Source: an uncultured Rhodothermaceae bacterium (GTDB taxonomy: Bacteria > Bacteroidota > Rhodothermia > Rhodothermales > Bin80). Taken from it: a stretch of 58,874 nucleotides of DNA. Numbering within the stretch: the first letter of the stretch is position 1; every line of letters begins with the position of its first letter. The notes beneath the pieces were generated by a model that worked only from the letters and a program-made list of their open reading frames with translations, was not told the DNA's origin and made no database searches. Of this stretch, positions 19,397 to 32,482 are shown in pieces. The stretch is from contig CAZXEU010000089.1 of NCBI GenBank assembly GCA_964639665.1, positions 1 to 58,874 of the forward strand, written 5' to 3'. The translations under genes and the position numbers were made by a program.

Positions 19397-20128
19397 ATGG
19401 AGCATGCACAGTCGATTCTGCCGCTCATCAGCCTGACGGGCGTCAAGAAGATCTATCAGATGGGAAGCGAAGCCGTCCACGCGCTGGACGGGGTCACGGT
19501 GGATATCTATCCCAACGAGTACGTGGCCATTATGGGTGTATCAGGCTCCGGGAAGTCGACCCTCATGAATATCATAGGCTGCCTGGATACGCCCACGGAG
19601 GGTTCCTACCATCTGCGGGGGGAAAATGTGAGCGACATGTCAGACAGGGAACTGGCCAGGGTGCGCAACCGGGAAGTAGGGTTCGTATTCCAGACCTTTA
19701 ACCTTCTGCCCCGCGTAAGCTGCCTCCAGAACGTGGAGCTGCCGCTCATTTACTCCGGAAAGCGCAGGGGGACAAGGCGCAAGCTGGCGGAAAAGGCGCT
19801 GGCTTCCGTAGGGCTCTCCGACCGGGTGACCCACAAGCCCAATGAACTCTCCGGCGGCCAGCGTCAGCGAGTGGCCGTGGCCCGTGCGCTGGTCAACAGT
19901 CCCTCCATTCTCCTGGCAGACGAGCCTACGGGCAATCTGGATACGCGAACGGGAGACGAAATCATGCTGCTGTTCGAGGAGCTCTACCGCAGTGGAAATA
20001 CGCTCCTCGTAGTTACCCACGAACCGGAGATCGCACAACATGCGCGCCGCATCATCGGACTCCGCGACGGAAAGCTGGAAAGCGATGTCCGTGTGGAAGA
20101 GCCGGCGCTTGCGGAAGCCGTGGTCTAG
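19397..20128 (+). CDS. ABC transporter ATP-binding protein (MacB/LolD-type ATPase only)
   Basis: Walker [10 protein letters not shown], signature [15 protein letters not shown], Walker [14 protein letters not shown]-loop VVTHE. There is no fused or adjacent FtsX permease. Confidence 0.9.
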   Translation: MEHAQSILPLISLTGVKKIYQMGSEAVHALDGVTVDIYPNEYVAIMGVSGSGKSTLMNIIGCLDTPTEGSYHLRGENVSDMSDRELARVRNREVGFVFQTFNLLPRVSCLQNVELPLIYSGKRRGTRRKLAEKALASVGLSDRVTHKPNELSGGQRQRVAVARALVNSPSILLADEPTGNLDTRTGDEIMLLFEELYRSGNTLLVVTHEPEIAQHARRIIGLRDGKLESDVRVEEPALAEAVV

Positions 20129-20132
20129 GCGC

Positions 20133-20603
20133 CTACCTGGGCGGCGTGCAATCGATAGTCTCGTTCTCGCGTGCAAATTCGATGCGGGATTGCGAGTGAC
20201 CGAGCCGAATGGCATGGAAAACGGCGCCCGGGCCCACGGTTGATCTGCAGTCTTCTCCGGGCACGTACACGCGGTAGCCGGCGAGCAGCGTATCGCCTGT
20301 CAGTTCGACGAGTTCGAAGCGGAGGTCGTAGCCGCCGTGCGGCACCTGGAGCGCCGCCACCAGAACCATTTCGCGATCGAAGCTCACGGAATCGAAAGGA
20401 AATAGAGGCCGCAGGGAATCCACGTATGCCTGCCAGGTTTCGGCGTCCAGAACAGCCCGCTCCGTGGTTCCCACGAGGGCCTGGGCCCCTCGTCCGAGGG
20501 GTGCGAAGGCTACTGCCTCGGTGACGGTCACTTCCGGTTCGGGACCGCGCTGCTGGCCACAGGCGGCGAAAAGCAGGGCAAGGATCGTAAGAAGGCGCGG
20601 CAC
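20133..20603 (-). CDS. small lipoprotein, possibly PrcB-family (protease-complex subunit-like)
   Basis: Lipobox LLFAAC. PHGGYDLRFELVELTGDTLLAGYRVYVPGEDC resembles the PrcB_C pattern as I recall it. This is a low-confidence family call. Confidence 0.4.
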   Translation of the reverse strand: MPRLLTILALLFAACGQQRGPEPEVTVTEAVAFAPLGRGAQALVGTTERAVLDAETWQAYVDSLRPLFPFDSVSFDREMVLVAALQVPHGGYDLRFELVELTGDTLLAGYRVYVPGEDCRSTVGPGAVFHAIRLGHSQSRIEFARENETIDCTPPR

Positions 20604-20714
20604 GGGTCCCGATAAGGCTTGCGCTGGTACATCCGCTTTCAGAGCGTGTTTCGAGGGAACCAGATTGGCACCCGGATGGTCTCACAAAGCTGCATTAGAA
20701 AATCCAGGTCTGCC

Positions 20715-21017
20715 ATGCCCATCAAAACCGTTGATGTAGATGCTCTCGTTGCCCAGACTGGCAACCTCTTCGAGACCGTGGCCATTCTGGCCAAGCGGTC
20801 AAGGCAGATCGCATCCAAGATGAAGGCAGAACTGGATGACAAGCTCGCCTACTTCGAGAGCTTTGACCTGGATGTCGAAGATCCGGGATTCCAGGAGGAG
20901 CAGCAGCGTATATCCATTGAGCATGAAGTGCTTCCGGAGCCTACGGAGATCGCCATAGACGAGATGTTTTCGGGGGACGTCTATTTCCGCGATCCCAGCA
21001 TTGAAGTCGAGGAGTAA
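20715..21017 (+). CDS. rpoZ: DNA-directed RNA polymerase subunit omega
   Basis: [32 protein letters not shown] matches the RpoZ N-terminal helix pattern (N.FE.V..A.KR.RQI). 100 aa from ATG 20715; the ORF-track start at 20619 was rejected. Confidence 0.75.
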   Translation: MPIKTVDVDALVAQTGNLFETVAILAKRSRQIASKMKAELDDKLAYFESFDLDVEDPGFQEEQQRISIEHEVLPEPTEIAIDEMFSGDVYFRDPSIEVEE

Positions 21018-21071
21018 GGCCGCCCCGGCATAGGCGCCCGAACATGCGGCCCTGATTCGCCCGGTGTGTAG

Positions 21072-23993
<2,922 letters not shown>

Positions 23994-24075
23994 CTATCGG
24001 CGTGGCGGTGAAAGTCCCGGGCCAGCTGGAGTATCTTGTTGGGCCTTAGCACCACGCCACACTGCCACCGATGCC

Positions 24076-26520
24076 ATGAAGAATCGAACGGCTATTGCAT
24101 TTGCCCTGATCCTGGCGGCTTCCGCCTGGCAGCATGCCTCCGGGCAGGACCAGTACCAGCGTCCGCCGGAGAACCTGGCGCAGCTGGTGGACGCGCCTGT
24201 CACACCGGCGATCAGCGTGAGCCCGGACGGGCAGGTGCTGCTCATGATGCATCGCCCCAGCCTCCCGTCCATCGAGGAGCTGGCTCAGCCGGAACTCCGC
24301 CTTGCGGGCATGCGCATCAACCCGGTCATTTCCGGACCGAGCCGGACTGGCCATTACGTGAGTCTCGGCCTTGTCCGGCTGGGAGAGGAAGCCGAGCGCA
24401 CCGTTTCTGGTCATCCGAGTGATGGTCGGATTCGCAATGTCCGTTTCTCGCCCGACGGCTCGCGCGTAGCCTACACCGTCGACACGTGGGATCGCATTGA
24501 CCTCTACGTTGCTGAAGTGGAGAGCGCGAAGAGTCGAAGGCTGCTGGATGCAGCGGTTAACGACGCGGCATCCGGCGCGCCATATCAATGGGTGCCAGAC
24601 AGCGGGTCCCTGGTGGTTCTGACAGTGCCTGCCGGGCGCGGCCCGATGCCGGCGTCTCCCTCTGCTCCCGCCGGGCCCGTAATCCAGGAGAACCTGGGTG
24701 AGATGGCACCAGCGCGTACATACCAGGACTTGCTGGCCAATCCGCATGACGAAGCCCTCTTCCGGCATTTTGCGCAGTCGGAAGTCGTGCAGGTAATGAT
24801 GGACGGGACGGTCCGGGAGATGGGCCAGCCGGGCCTTGTGACAGATGCCCGCCCTTCTCCCGACGGGAAGTACGTGCTGGTAGAGCATTTGCACGAGCCG
24901 TTTTCCTATCTCGTGCCGGCCTACCGGTTCGCCCACAGCCTTACCGTGTATGAGTTGGGAGGCGGTCCGCTTCGCGAAGTTGCGCGGCTGCCTCTGGCGG
25001 AAAATGTCCCGACGGCGTTCGGATCCGTACCTGCGGGTCCGCGGTCGATGGCCTGGCGGGCGGATGAGCCATCAACCCTGGTCTGGGTCGAGGCACTCGA
25101 CGGAGGGGATGCCCGGGCAGAAGTGCCGTACAGGGATGAGGTTTTCATGCTGCCGTCGCCCTTTGATGGCACTCCTGTCTCGCTGGTTACGCTTCCGTTG
25201 CGCTACGGCGGCATCACCTGGGGAGACGAAAGCACCGCACTGGTCCGGGAATCCTGGTGGTCCACACGAAAGAGCCGCACGTATGTCGTAAATCCGGGCA
25301 GTCCAGGCGCTGAGCCGCGCACGCTCTTTGACCTCTCAACGGAAGATCGCTACGCGGATCCGGGTTTTCCGCTTACGCGGCCTACCGGATACGGGACGAG
25401 CGTACTGCGGCTTGACGGCCGAGCCATCTACCTTTCCGGTCAGGGAGCTTCTCCGGAGGGCAACCGACCCTTCCTGCGGCGGATGGATCTGGAAACGGAG
25501 GAGGTGGAGGAGTTATTCCGCAGCAGCGCGCCGCATTATGAGCGCCCGGTGAGCCTGCTGGACGAGACGCGTCTGTTGACGCTGCGCGAATCGGCTGCGG
25601 AGCCGCCCAATTACGTGGTGCGCGACCTGCGCGACGGTTCGGTGCAGGCAGCAACTTACTTCGAGCATCCCTATCCCGACCTGGCTGCGATCCAGAAGGA
25701 GTCCCTGCAGTATGCCAGAGAGGACGGTGTGCCGCTTAGCGCCACGCTGTATCTGCCTCCCGGCTACGATGCCGGACGCGACGGCCCGCTGCCCGGCCTG
25801 GTGTGGGCGTATCCCAGGGAATTCAAGGACGCGGACGCGGCCGGCCAGCGTACCGATTCCCCCTACCGGTTCAAGACCGTAAGCTATTGGGGCGCGATTC
25901 CGTACGTGATGCGGGGCTATGCCGTGCTCGACAACGCTTCCATGCCGGTAATTGGCGAAGGCGACGCCGAGCCCAATGATTCATTCAGGGAGCAGCTGGT
26001 TGCCAATGCCGCGGCCGCCATCGAAGTGGGCGTTCGGCGCGGCGTGCTCGATCCGGAACGCGTGGCCATTGGCGGCCATTCTTACGGAGCGTTCATGACA
26101 GCCAATCTCCTGGCCCATTCGGACCTTTTCCGTGCGGGGATCGCGCGCAGTGGTGCATATAACCGGACGCTGACTCCGTTCGGCTTCCAGCGCGAGGAGC
26201 GGCTGTTCTGGGAAGCGCCGGAGATATACTACTACATGTCGCCGTTCATGCACGCAGACAAGGTAGACGAGCCGATCCTTCTCATACATGGGGAAGCAGA
26301 CAACAACTCCGGCACGTTTCCACTGCAGAGCCGCAGGTACTTCAGCGCGCTGAAGGGGCTGGGCAAGACTGCGCGCCTGGTCATGCTTCCTCACGAGAGC
26401 CACGGTTACCGGGCGCGGGAATCCATCCTGCACATGCTCTGGGAAACCGACAGGTGGCTCGAGATCTACGTCAAGCACGCAACGCCGCGCATGCGTGTCG
26501 AAGAGCCTTCAGGGCCCTGA
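24076..26520 (+). CDS. S9-family serine peptidase (prolyl oligopeptidase/DPP-like, N-terminal beta-propeller)
   Basis: Signal peptide MKNRTAIAFALILAASAWQHASGQ. The nucleophile elbow is GGHSYGAFM, with HGEADNN (Asp) and LPHESHGY (His) following. The ORF-track start at 23968 overlaps uvrA and was rejected. Confidence 0.85.
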   Translation: MKNRTAIAFALILAASAWQHASGQDQYQRPPENLAQLVDAPVTPAISVSPDGQVLLMMHRPSLPSIEELAQPELRLAGMRINPVISGPSRTGHYVSLGLVRLGEEAERTVSGHPSDGRIRNVRFSPDGSRVAYTVDTWDRIDLYVAEVESAKSRRLLDAAVNDAASGAPYQWVPDSGSLVVLTVPAGRGPMPASPSAPAGPVIQENLGEMAPARTYQDLLANPHDEALFRHFAQSEVVQVMMDGTVREMGQPGLVTDARPSPDGKYVLVEHLHEPFSYLVPAYRFAHSLTVYELGGGPLREVARLPLAENVPTAFGSVPAGPRSMAWRADEPSTLVWVEALDGGDARAEVPYRDEVFMLPSPFDGTPVSLVTLPLRYGGITWGDESTALVRESWWSTRKSRTYVVNPGSPGAEPRTLFDLSTEDRYADPGFPLTRPTGYGTSVLRLDGRAIYLSGQGASPEGNRPFLRRMDLETEEVEELFRSSAPHYERPVSLLDETRLLTLRESAAEPPNYVVRDLRDGSVQAATYFEHPYPDLAAIQKESLQYAREDGVPLSATLYLPPGYDAGRDGPLPGLVWAYPREFKDADAAGQRTDSPYRFKTVSYWGAIPYVMRGYAVLDNASMPVIGEGDAEPNDSFREQLVANAAAAIEVGVRRGVLDPERVAIGGHSYGAFMTANLLAHSDLFRAGIARSGAYNRTLTPFGFQREERLFWEAPEIYYYMSPFMHADKVDEPILLIHGEADNNSGTFPLQSRRYFSALKGLGKTARLVMLPHESHGYRARESILHMLWETDRWLEIYVKHATPRMRVEEPSGP

Positions 26521-26559
26521 CCTCCTGCCTCTCGGGCACTGGCCGGGGACCGGAGCCTG

Positions 26560-27876
26560 CTAGGTTTCCTCGACTTCGGGCTCCGGCAGGCCGTTCAGGA
26601 TCACGTCCTCCATCGCCTCGATAAAACGGTCGAGCTCCTCAAGCGTCGTGAAAACGTTGGCCGTAACGCGGAGGCCCTCGAACTCGTCGTGCATGATGGG
26701 CGTCGCGATTATGCGGTGCGCGGCCCAGAGATGTTTACCGAGCGCCTCCGTGTCAATCCCCTCGATCTGCACGGTTCCGATGCAGCAGGAGAACTCCGGC
26801 TTCAGACTGGTATGGAGCCGGACGCGGTCGTGATTTAGGAGGGCCGTGGCCCAGTAGTCTCGAAGGTACCGGAGCCTCGCCTCCTTGCGGGCCGGGCCTA
26901 TGCCCTGGTGAAAGGTAAGCGCCTCGGCTACCGCAACGAAATTGGCCGCCGGATGGGTGCCGATTTCCTCGAATTTGCGGATGTCGTCGTCCATCTTTTC
27001 GGGCGCAGCCATGAGCGGCCAAAGCCCGGGAATCTTGTCCTTGCGCACATAGAGCAAGCCGGAGCCATGCGGAGCGAGCAGCCACTTGTGCAGGCTCGTG
27101 GCATAGTAATCACAGTCCAGGTCCGCGAGCGTGAACTCGAAGTGCCCGAATGCATGGGCCCCGTCCACGATTACGGGAATGCCCCGAGCGCGGGCCATTT
27201 GTACCACCTGCTTTACCGGCAAAATCTGTCCGGTGATGTTGATCATGTGGCACATAAGAATAAGGCGCGTCTTTGGCGTAATGTTCTCCTCGAACAGACG
27301 CACGACGTGTCCTGGATCCTCGGCCGGTATCGGTATAGGAAACTGCCGCAGCGCAATGCCTTCACGGCGTTCCCTTTGCTTGAAGGTCGTAATCATGCGG
27401 CCGTAGTCCTGCGTCGTGGTCAGGACTTCGTCTCCGGGCTTCAGATCGATGCCCAGCTGACAGATCTGCAGGCCTTCGGAGGCATTGCGGGTGACGGCAA
27501 TTTCCTCGGCGCTGCAGCCAAAAGCGCGCGCGAGCCGCTGCCTGACCCCCTCCCTCTGGGGCTCCAGAATGCGCCACATGGTATAGACAGGCGCCTCGTT
27601 CGAGTAATCGAGGTGCCCCTTCATGGCCTCCTGCACAATGGTCGGCGACGGACTGACTCCGCCGCTGTTCAGATTGACGAGGCTGCGGTCGACTGAGAAG
27701 GCCTGCTGTACTTCCAGCCAGAATGATTCATCGCGGGCGGTCTCGGCGGGCGTTCCGCCTACAGCGGCAAGGCGCCGGGCCAGTGTCCCGAGTGCTCCCG
27801 GCTTCCAGGTGGCAGCGACCATTGCAGCCGCAGCGGGACTGGCAACGGAACCAAGGAATTGTCGTCTGCTAGCCAT
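26560..27876 (-). CDS. class-V aminotransferase-fold PLP enzyme (isopenicillin-N-epimerase / cysteine-desulfurase-like) with a twin-arginine signal
   Basis: The N-terminus MASRRQFLGSVASPAAAAMVAA is Tat-like. The PLP-lysine context is YYATSLHKWLLAPHGSG, and IVDGAHAFGH is also present. Confidence 0.8.
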   Translation of the reverse strand: MASRRQFLGSVASPAAAAMVAATWKPGALGTLARRLAAVGGTPAETARDESFWLEVQQAFSVDRSLVNLNSGGVSPSPTIVQEAMKGHLDYSNEAPVYTMWRILEPQREGVRQRLARAFGCSAEEIAVTRNASEGLQICQLGIDLKPGDEVLTTTQDYGRMITTFKQRERREGIALRQFPIPIPAEDPGHVVRLFEENITPKTRLILMCHMINITGQILPVKQVVQMARARGIPVIVDGAHAFGHFEFTLADLDCDYYATSLHKWLLAPHGSGLLYVRKDKIPGLWPLMAAPEKMDDDIRKFEEIGTHPAANFVAVAEALTFHQGIGPARKEARLRYLRDYWATALLNHDRVRLHTSLKPEFSCCIGTVQIEGIDTEALGKHLWAAHRIIATPIMHDEFEGLRVTANVFTTLEELDRFIEAMEDVILNGLPEPEVEET

Positions 27877-27992
27877 CGGTGCACCCCCGGGTCAAGCTAT
27901 CGGTGTTTGCACAGGTAATGTACGGAACGGACACTTATTCCTGCCGGGGTGTACCTTGTCAATTCACCCCAGCAAGTGGTCCCGGACTCCGT

Positions 27993-29072
27993 ATGCGGCT
28001 TTGTCTTTTGGCAGTGGCATTGCTGCTGGAATGCCTGATCGCCGGCGCCAGCGGGTGTGCGGCCGTGAGCAGCCGGGAGGGCCAGACAGCAGGTGCCCTG
28101 ATTAAGTCGGTTACGCTGGATGCCCGCCGTGATCCCGGGCCCGAATCGCTTGAGCATCTGCGAGACCTGGGCGTGACGCACGTTACGCTAGTCCAATTCG
28201 GTTTTCAGCGCGACATCGAGGTGCCGCAAATCCGGATGAATCCGGATGCGAACTGGTTCAGTGAAAGCGATGAAGGCATTCGCTCATTCGCAGCACGTGC
28301 GGAGGCGCTGCACATGGGCATCATCCTGAAGCCACACATTTGGGTAGGGAGCTACAGCACGGAGGGCCAGACCCGTTCCGAAATCGGATACGCTACAGAG
28401 GACCAGTGGCACGCGTGGGAGTCGGATTATCGGCAATTCATGCTGCACTATGCGCGATTGGCCGAGGAAATCGACGCCACCATGCTGGTCATCGGCACCG
28501 AACTTGCACGGGCGGCTTTGGAGCGAGAAGCCTTCTGGCGCGACCTTGCCCGCGAGGTTCGTACCCTGTACGGTGGCCCGCTGACGTATGCTGCCAACTG
28601 GTGGGGAGAATATGAGCACGTTCCGTTCTGGGATGCGCTGGACTACATCGGGATTCAGGCATACTTCGAGCTGAGCCAGGACCCGGATCCGTCCGTCAGC
28701 ACGCTCCGCGAGGCGTGGATGCCGTACAAGGAGGACATACAGCGCCTGTCGCGGGCGACGCAGCGTCCAGTGCTCTTTACCGAGATAGGCTACCGCAATG
28801 TGCCGGATGCTGCTGCCAAGCCGTGGCGCTGGCCATCGCGTGACGAAATAAATACGGTGGAACCGGCGGATGAACTTCAGTCAAGGCTGTACGACGTTTT
28901 CTTTGCCAGCTTTTGGGACGAAGCCTGGTTTGCCGGAGCTATCATCTGGAAGTGGAATGCGCACAGTAGCCGCAGGGCCAACTACCTCGACTTTTCGCTG
29001 CGGGGGAAGCCAGCGGCGCAGGTAGTGAAGAAGTGGTTCACTGCAGCGGCCGAGCTGCCTGGCAGCCCATGA
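27993..29072 (+). CDS. putative lipoprotein glycoside hydrolase (TIM-barrel, GH5/GH113-like clan A)
   Basis: Lipobox LIAGASGC. GIILKPHIW...LVIGTELARA...LTYAANWWGEY...IGIQAYF...VLFTEIGY has the layout of clan GH-A barrels, with NW/E acid-base and TE nucleophile positions. The exact family was not determined. Confidence 0.55.
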   Translation: MRLCLLAVALLLECLIAGASGCAAVSSREGQTAGALIKSVTLDARRDPGPESLEHLRDLGVTHVTLVQFGFQRDIEVPQIRMNPDANWFSESDEGIRSFAARAEALHMGIILKPHIWVGSYSTEGQTRSEIGYATEDQWHAWESDYRQFMLHYARLAEEIDATMLVIGTELARAALEREAFWRDLAREVRTLYGGPLTYAANWWGEYEHVPFWDALDYIGIQAYFELSQDPDPSVSTLREAWMPYKEDIQRLSRATQRPVLFTEIGYRNVPDAAAKPWRWPSRDEINTVEPADELQSRLYDVFFASFWDEAWFAGAIIWKWNAHSSRRANYLDFSLRGKPAAQVVKKWFTAAAELPGSP

Positions 29073-29223
29073 TTCGTATAGCCGTGACTAACTCGGTACG
29101 GGCACTGCAGCGCGCGCAAAGGCGCGATGCATCAGCGGCACTCCGATGCGGGATACTGACCGGCCGCAAGCTTGCCGGCTCGCTGCCGCATCATTTGAAC
29201 AAAGGAGTCGCATTATCGGGCCC

Positions 29224-29487
29224 ATGCGCGTAGAAGACCTCAAGAACATTGGTCCCCAGTCGGCGGCCTGGCTGCATGCGGCCGGAATCCATACCAGGGA
29301 AGACCTGGAGGCTATCGGTCCGGTCTTCGCCTACAAGGTTCTGAAATTCCAGCGGCCGAGGGAGGTAACGCGGATGCTTCTCTATGCACTGCAGGGTGCC
29401 GTTGACGACGTGCATGTGGGCGAGCTATCACCCGATGTAAAGTCCCGGCTTGTGTGCGAGGCCCAGGCGCAGCTGGAAGTTCGGTAA
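29224..29487 (+). CDS. TfoX C-terminal-domain protein (stand-alone, 87 aa)
   Basis: MRVEDLKNIGPQSAAWLHAAGIHTREDLEAIGPVFAYKVLK resembles the helix-hairpin-helix-like TfoX_C pattern (L.N.G......L...GI.T...L...G). Confidence 0.55.
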   Translation: MRVEDLKNIGPQSAAWLHAAGIHTREDLEAIGPVFAYKVLKFQRPREVTRMLLYALQGAVDDVHVGELSPDVKSRLVCEAQAQLEVR

Positions 29488-29525
29488 CCGCCAGGCAGGA
29501 CCGGGACGCCTCGACTTCGCCGTCT

Positions 29526-30971
29526 TTACCGAGCGAGGACCACGCGCTGGCTTCCAACGACCTGGCCGTCAAGCATCAGGCGAACCACGTATACACCGGC
29601 TGCAAGCCGGGCTTGCATGCCGTCGCGCCCGTTCCACAGCATCGCATGCGTCCCCGCGGGCAAGTCGCCGCCGACCAGTGACCGCAGGCGCTGCCCCTGG
29701 ATCGAATAGACGGCCAAGTCAACATGTGCCGGCTCACGCAGCACGTACGTGAGGTTCGTGGCGTCGCGGAAGGGATTGGGATACGCAGCCCCGAATTGGG
29801 TGCTTTCCGCCGGCCGATCCTCTATCGAGGTATTGGTCGGCGTGAAACGGTAGATCTGTCCGTCGAAGGCGCACATGTACAGTTCATTCGCCTCGTCGAC
29901 TCCGAAAGAGGCAATGCTCAGGCTCGTATCCAGAAGCTCCGTATTCTGGTAGCCGGCTTCGCTGTCGACATCCAGACCCCAGATGCGCCCGTCCACGTAG
30001 TCTGCGAAAACGTACTTGCCGGCAAGTTCCGGGACGGCCGTTCCGCGATACACGAAGCCACCGGTGACGGACTTGGCCTGGCCATTGTGCGCGTATTCGT
30101 GGATGGGTAGTGCCAAGCCGCTGCGATTGCAACCTGTGGCCGGGCTGTAGCAATGCGCGCCCTCCATGACATTCCAGCCGTAGTTGGCGCCGGACTCGAT
30201 GAGATCAATTTCTTCATAGGCGTTTTGCCCCACATCGGCGGCGTACAGGAGTCCCGTTTCGGCGTCGAAGCTGAAGCGCCAAGGGTTGCGCAATCCGTAG
30301 GCAAAAATCTCCTCGCGCAAGCCGGTTGTGTTGCCGGCGAACGGATTGTCGGGGGGAATACCGTAACCGGAACTGGTAGAGACGTCTATGCGCAGAATGG
30401 TACCCAGAAGCGTAGAGCGGTCCTGCCCGTTTCGGAACCTGTCGCCAGCTCCTCCCCCGTCTCCGAGGCCGATATACAAGTAGCCATCGGGCCCGAAGGT
30501 GATCTGGCCCCCGTTGTGGTTGCCGGCGGGCTGGGGCGTGCTGAGTATCACTTCCTCGCTGCCCGGGTCCGCCAGACCCGAGCCGAGCACCCTGTATCGC
30601 GCGATCACTGAACGCCTGGGGTCCGAGGCGGTATAGTTGAGGAAGAAGAAACCGTTTTCGGCAAAGCGGGGATGGAAGGCCAGGCCAAGAAGGCCTTCCT
30701 CGTTACCACGATCCCGCACGCGGTCCCGAATGTCCAGAAATACTGCAGCAGAAGTCCGGTCCGGTCCGAGCACCTTGACGACTCCGGCCTGCTCGACAAC
30801 GAATATGCGGTCCGTGCCGTCGCCAGCGTGCTGAAGGTCAACCGGCCGCGTAAACCTTACGCCAGGGAAAGCTACTTCGACGGAAAGCCGCTGCTGCGCG
30901 CTGCTCGACGCCGCGTTACAGCCACCGAGTAGCAATAGCAGCGGAAGGGCGGCGGGAATTCGCTTTTTCAT
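29526..30971 (-). CDS. PQQ-dependent sugar (glucose/sorbosone) dehydrogenase with T9SS C-terminal sorting domain
   Basis: Lipoprotein-like signal LLLLLGGC. Motifs are DRIFVVEQAGVVKV, EEGLLGLAFHP, NHNGGQITFGPDGYLYIGLGDGGGAGD and YGLRNPWRFSFD. The C-terminus AAYPNPFRDATNLTYVL...VGSQRVVLAR is a T9SS sorting domain. Confidence 0.85.
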   Translation of the reverse strand: MKKRIPAALPLLLLLGGCNAASSSAQQRLSVEVAFPGVRFTRPVDLQHAGDGTDRIFVVEQAGVVKVLGPDRTSAAVFLDIRDRVRDRGNEEGLLGLAFHPRFAENGFFFLNYTASDPRRSVIARYRVLGSGLADPGSEEVILSTPQPAGNHNGGQITFGPDGYLYIGLGDGGGAGDRFRNGQDRSTLLGTILRIDVSTSSGYGIPPDNPFAGNTTGLREEIFAYGLRNPWRFSFDAETGLLYAADVGQNAYEEIDLIESGANYGWNVMEGAHCYSPATGCNRSGLALPIHEYAHNGQAKSVTGGFVYRGTAVPELAGKYVFADYVDGRIWGLDVDSEAGYQNTELLDTSLSIASFGVDEANELYMCAFDGQIYRFTPTNTSIEDRPAESTQFGAAYPNPFRDATNLTYVLREPAHVDLAVYSIQGQRLRSLVGGDLPAGTHAMLWNGRDGMQARLAAGVYVVRLMLDGQVVGSQRVVLAR

Positions 30972-31261
30972 GCCGTTTTTCAGAGCAGGGTCGCCATTGG
31001 ACCGCGTCTCGGGGGGCGGGTTTCACGGTGTTGGCTAGTCGTGGTCTGCGTCTGCTGGTGCTGGGCGTGAAGCAGCGCCTTGCGCTGCGGATCGCTCCGG
31101 TCAGACCCGGTGGCAGCCGAGAGTCCGCTGTAGCGCGGATGACTGCTGTGCCGGCCTTCCCCGCGCTGCGTTACTAGGTCGGATTGTATCTTCTTTGGTC
31201 GCTCGACACGGAGCCGGGCAGTTTTATTCCCGGCGCGAGCCGACTCTTTCCCTGTTGCAGG

Positions 31262-32386
31262 ATGATTTCAAATCCCGTAGCCGTCTTTCTCGTCCTGGCC
31301 GTGGTCGTGTATGCGTCCATTGTGCTTGAGGCGCGCTTTCGCCTGTTTCGGTCGCTGAGCGCTGCCCTTGTCGGAATATTCATCGCGATGGTGCTATCCA
31401 ATGCCGGCATTATTCCGGGCGACTCGCTGGCGTATGACTACCTCATTGATCCCGGCGTCGGCATAGGCATTGCCCTTATACTGCTGAGTGTGGATGCCCG
31501 GACGGTGGTGCAGGCCGGGCCGCGCATGCTCGCGGCATTCGGTCTGGGCGCGGTGGGCACGGCTCTGGGAGCCTTTGTATCTGCCATGGTTCTGGCCCCT
31601 CTGGTCGGTCCGGAGACATGGAAGCTTGCCGGGCAGTTTACCGGTACGTATACAGGTGGAGGCGTCAACTTTGCTGCGCTGGGTCGAGCCTTTGACACCA
31701 GCAGCGAGCTATTCTCGGCCGCCATTGCGGCGGACGTTCTCATCACGGCAGTCTGGATGATGCTGTGTTTGTCCGCGCCGCTGCTGCTCGGCCGGAAGGC
31801 CGAACGCGCCAGGCCCGCGACTGCCGAAGCCTCACAGCTGGCCCAGGCGCTTTACAGCAGTGGACGGTCCATGAAGCTCGCCGATGCCGGCGCGCTGGTC
31901 GTCATTTCCGTGGGCTCGGTCTGGGTTTCGGAGCGCCTGGGGACACTGGTCCCGGTAATTCCGGACGTGCTCTGGCTGACCACTCTCGTCTTGGCATTGG
32001 CGCAGCTGCCTGCGGTAAAGAGGCTTTCCGGGGGAGCCATGTGGGGTTACTATCTGCTCCTGATGTTTCTGTCGACCAACGGCGCGCAGTCCGTGCTGGC
32101 CAACATCGTTGTTGTCGGCCCCAGCGTGGTGTACTTCGCAGTGGGGACGGTCGTGCTGCACGGCGTGTTTATATTCGGGCTCGGGTTAGCGCTCCGCGTG
32201 GACCTGCCCACGCTTCTGGTAGCTTCGCAGGCCAACGTGGGCGGTCCGCCATCGGCCATGGCGCTGGCGACGGCGCGAGGCTACATGGACAAGGTCTTGC
32301 CGGGCGTAGCGGCGGGGCTGCTTGGGTATGCCGCCGGGAACTACGCGGGCTTCGCCATCGGAACGCTGGTTCGAGGGCTCTTGTAG
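31262..32386 (+). CDS. DUF819-family polytopic membrane protein
   Basis: About 374 aa with 10 or more hydrophobic segments. TGTYTGGGVNFAALG and ASQANVGGPPSAMALA blocks fit what I remember for DUF819. The start was moved to MISNPVAVFLVLAVV. Confidence 0.55.
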   Translation: MISNPVAVFLVLAVVVYASIVLEARFRLFRSLSAALVGIFIAMVLSNAGIIPGDSLAYDYLIDPGVGIGIALILLSVDARTVVQAGPRMLAAFGLGAVGTALGAFVSAMVLAPLVGPETWKLAGQFTGTYTGGGVNFAALGRAFDTSSELFSAAIAADVLITAVWMMLCLSAPLLLGRKAERARPATAEASQLAQALYSSGRSMKLADAGALVVISVGSVWVSERLGTLVPVIPDVLWLTTLVLALAQLPAVKRLSGGAMWGYYLLLMFLSTNGAQSVLANIVVVGPSVVYFAVGTVVLHGVFIFGLGLALRVDLPTLLVASQANVGGPPSAMALATARGYMDKVLPGVAAGLLGYAAGNYAGFAIGTLVRGLL

Positions 32387-32482
32387 AGACCTGTGTGATG
32401 GTGATGACGGGGCGTCCGATCGCGGAGGATCCGCGCGGGAGCTTGCTGGTTGTGGGCCTGGCATCGGCATAGGGCGAACGGC

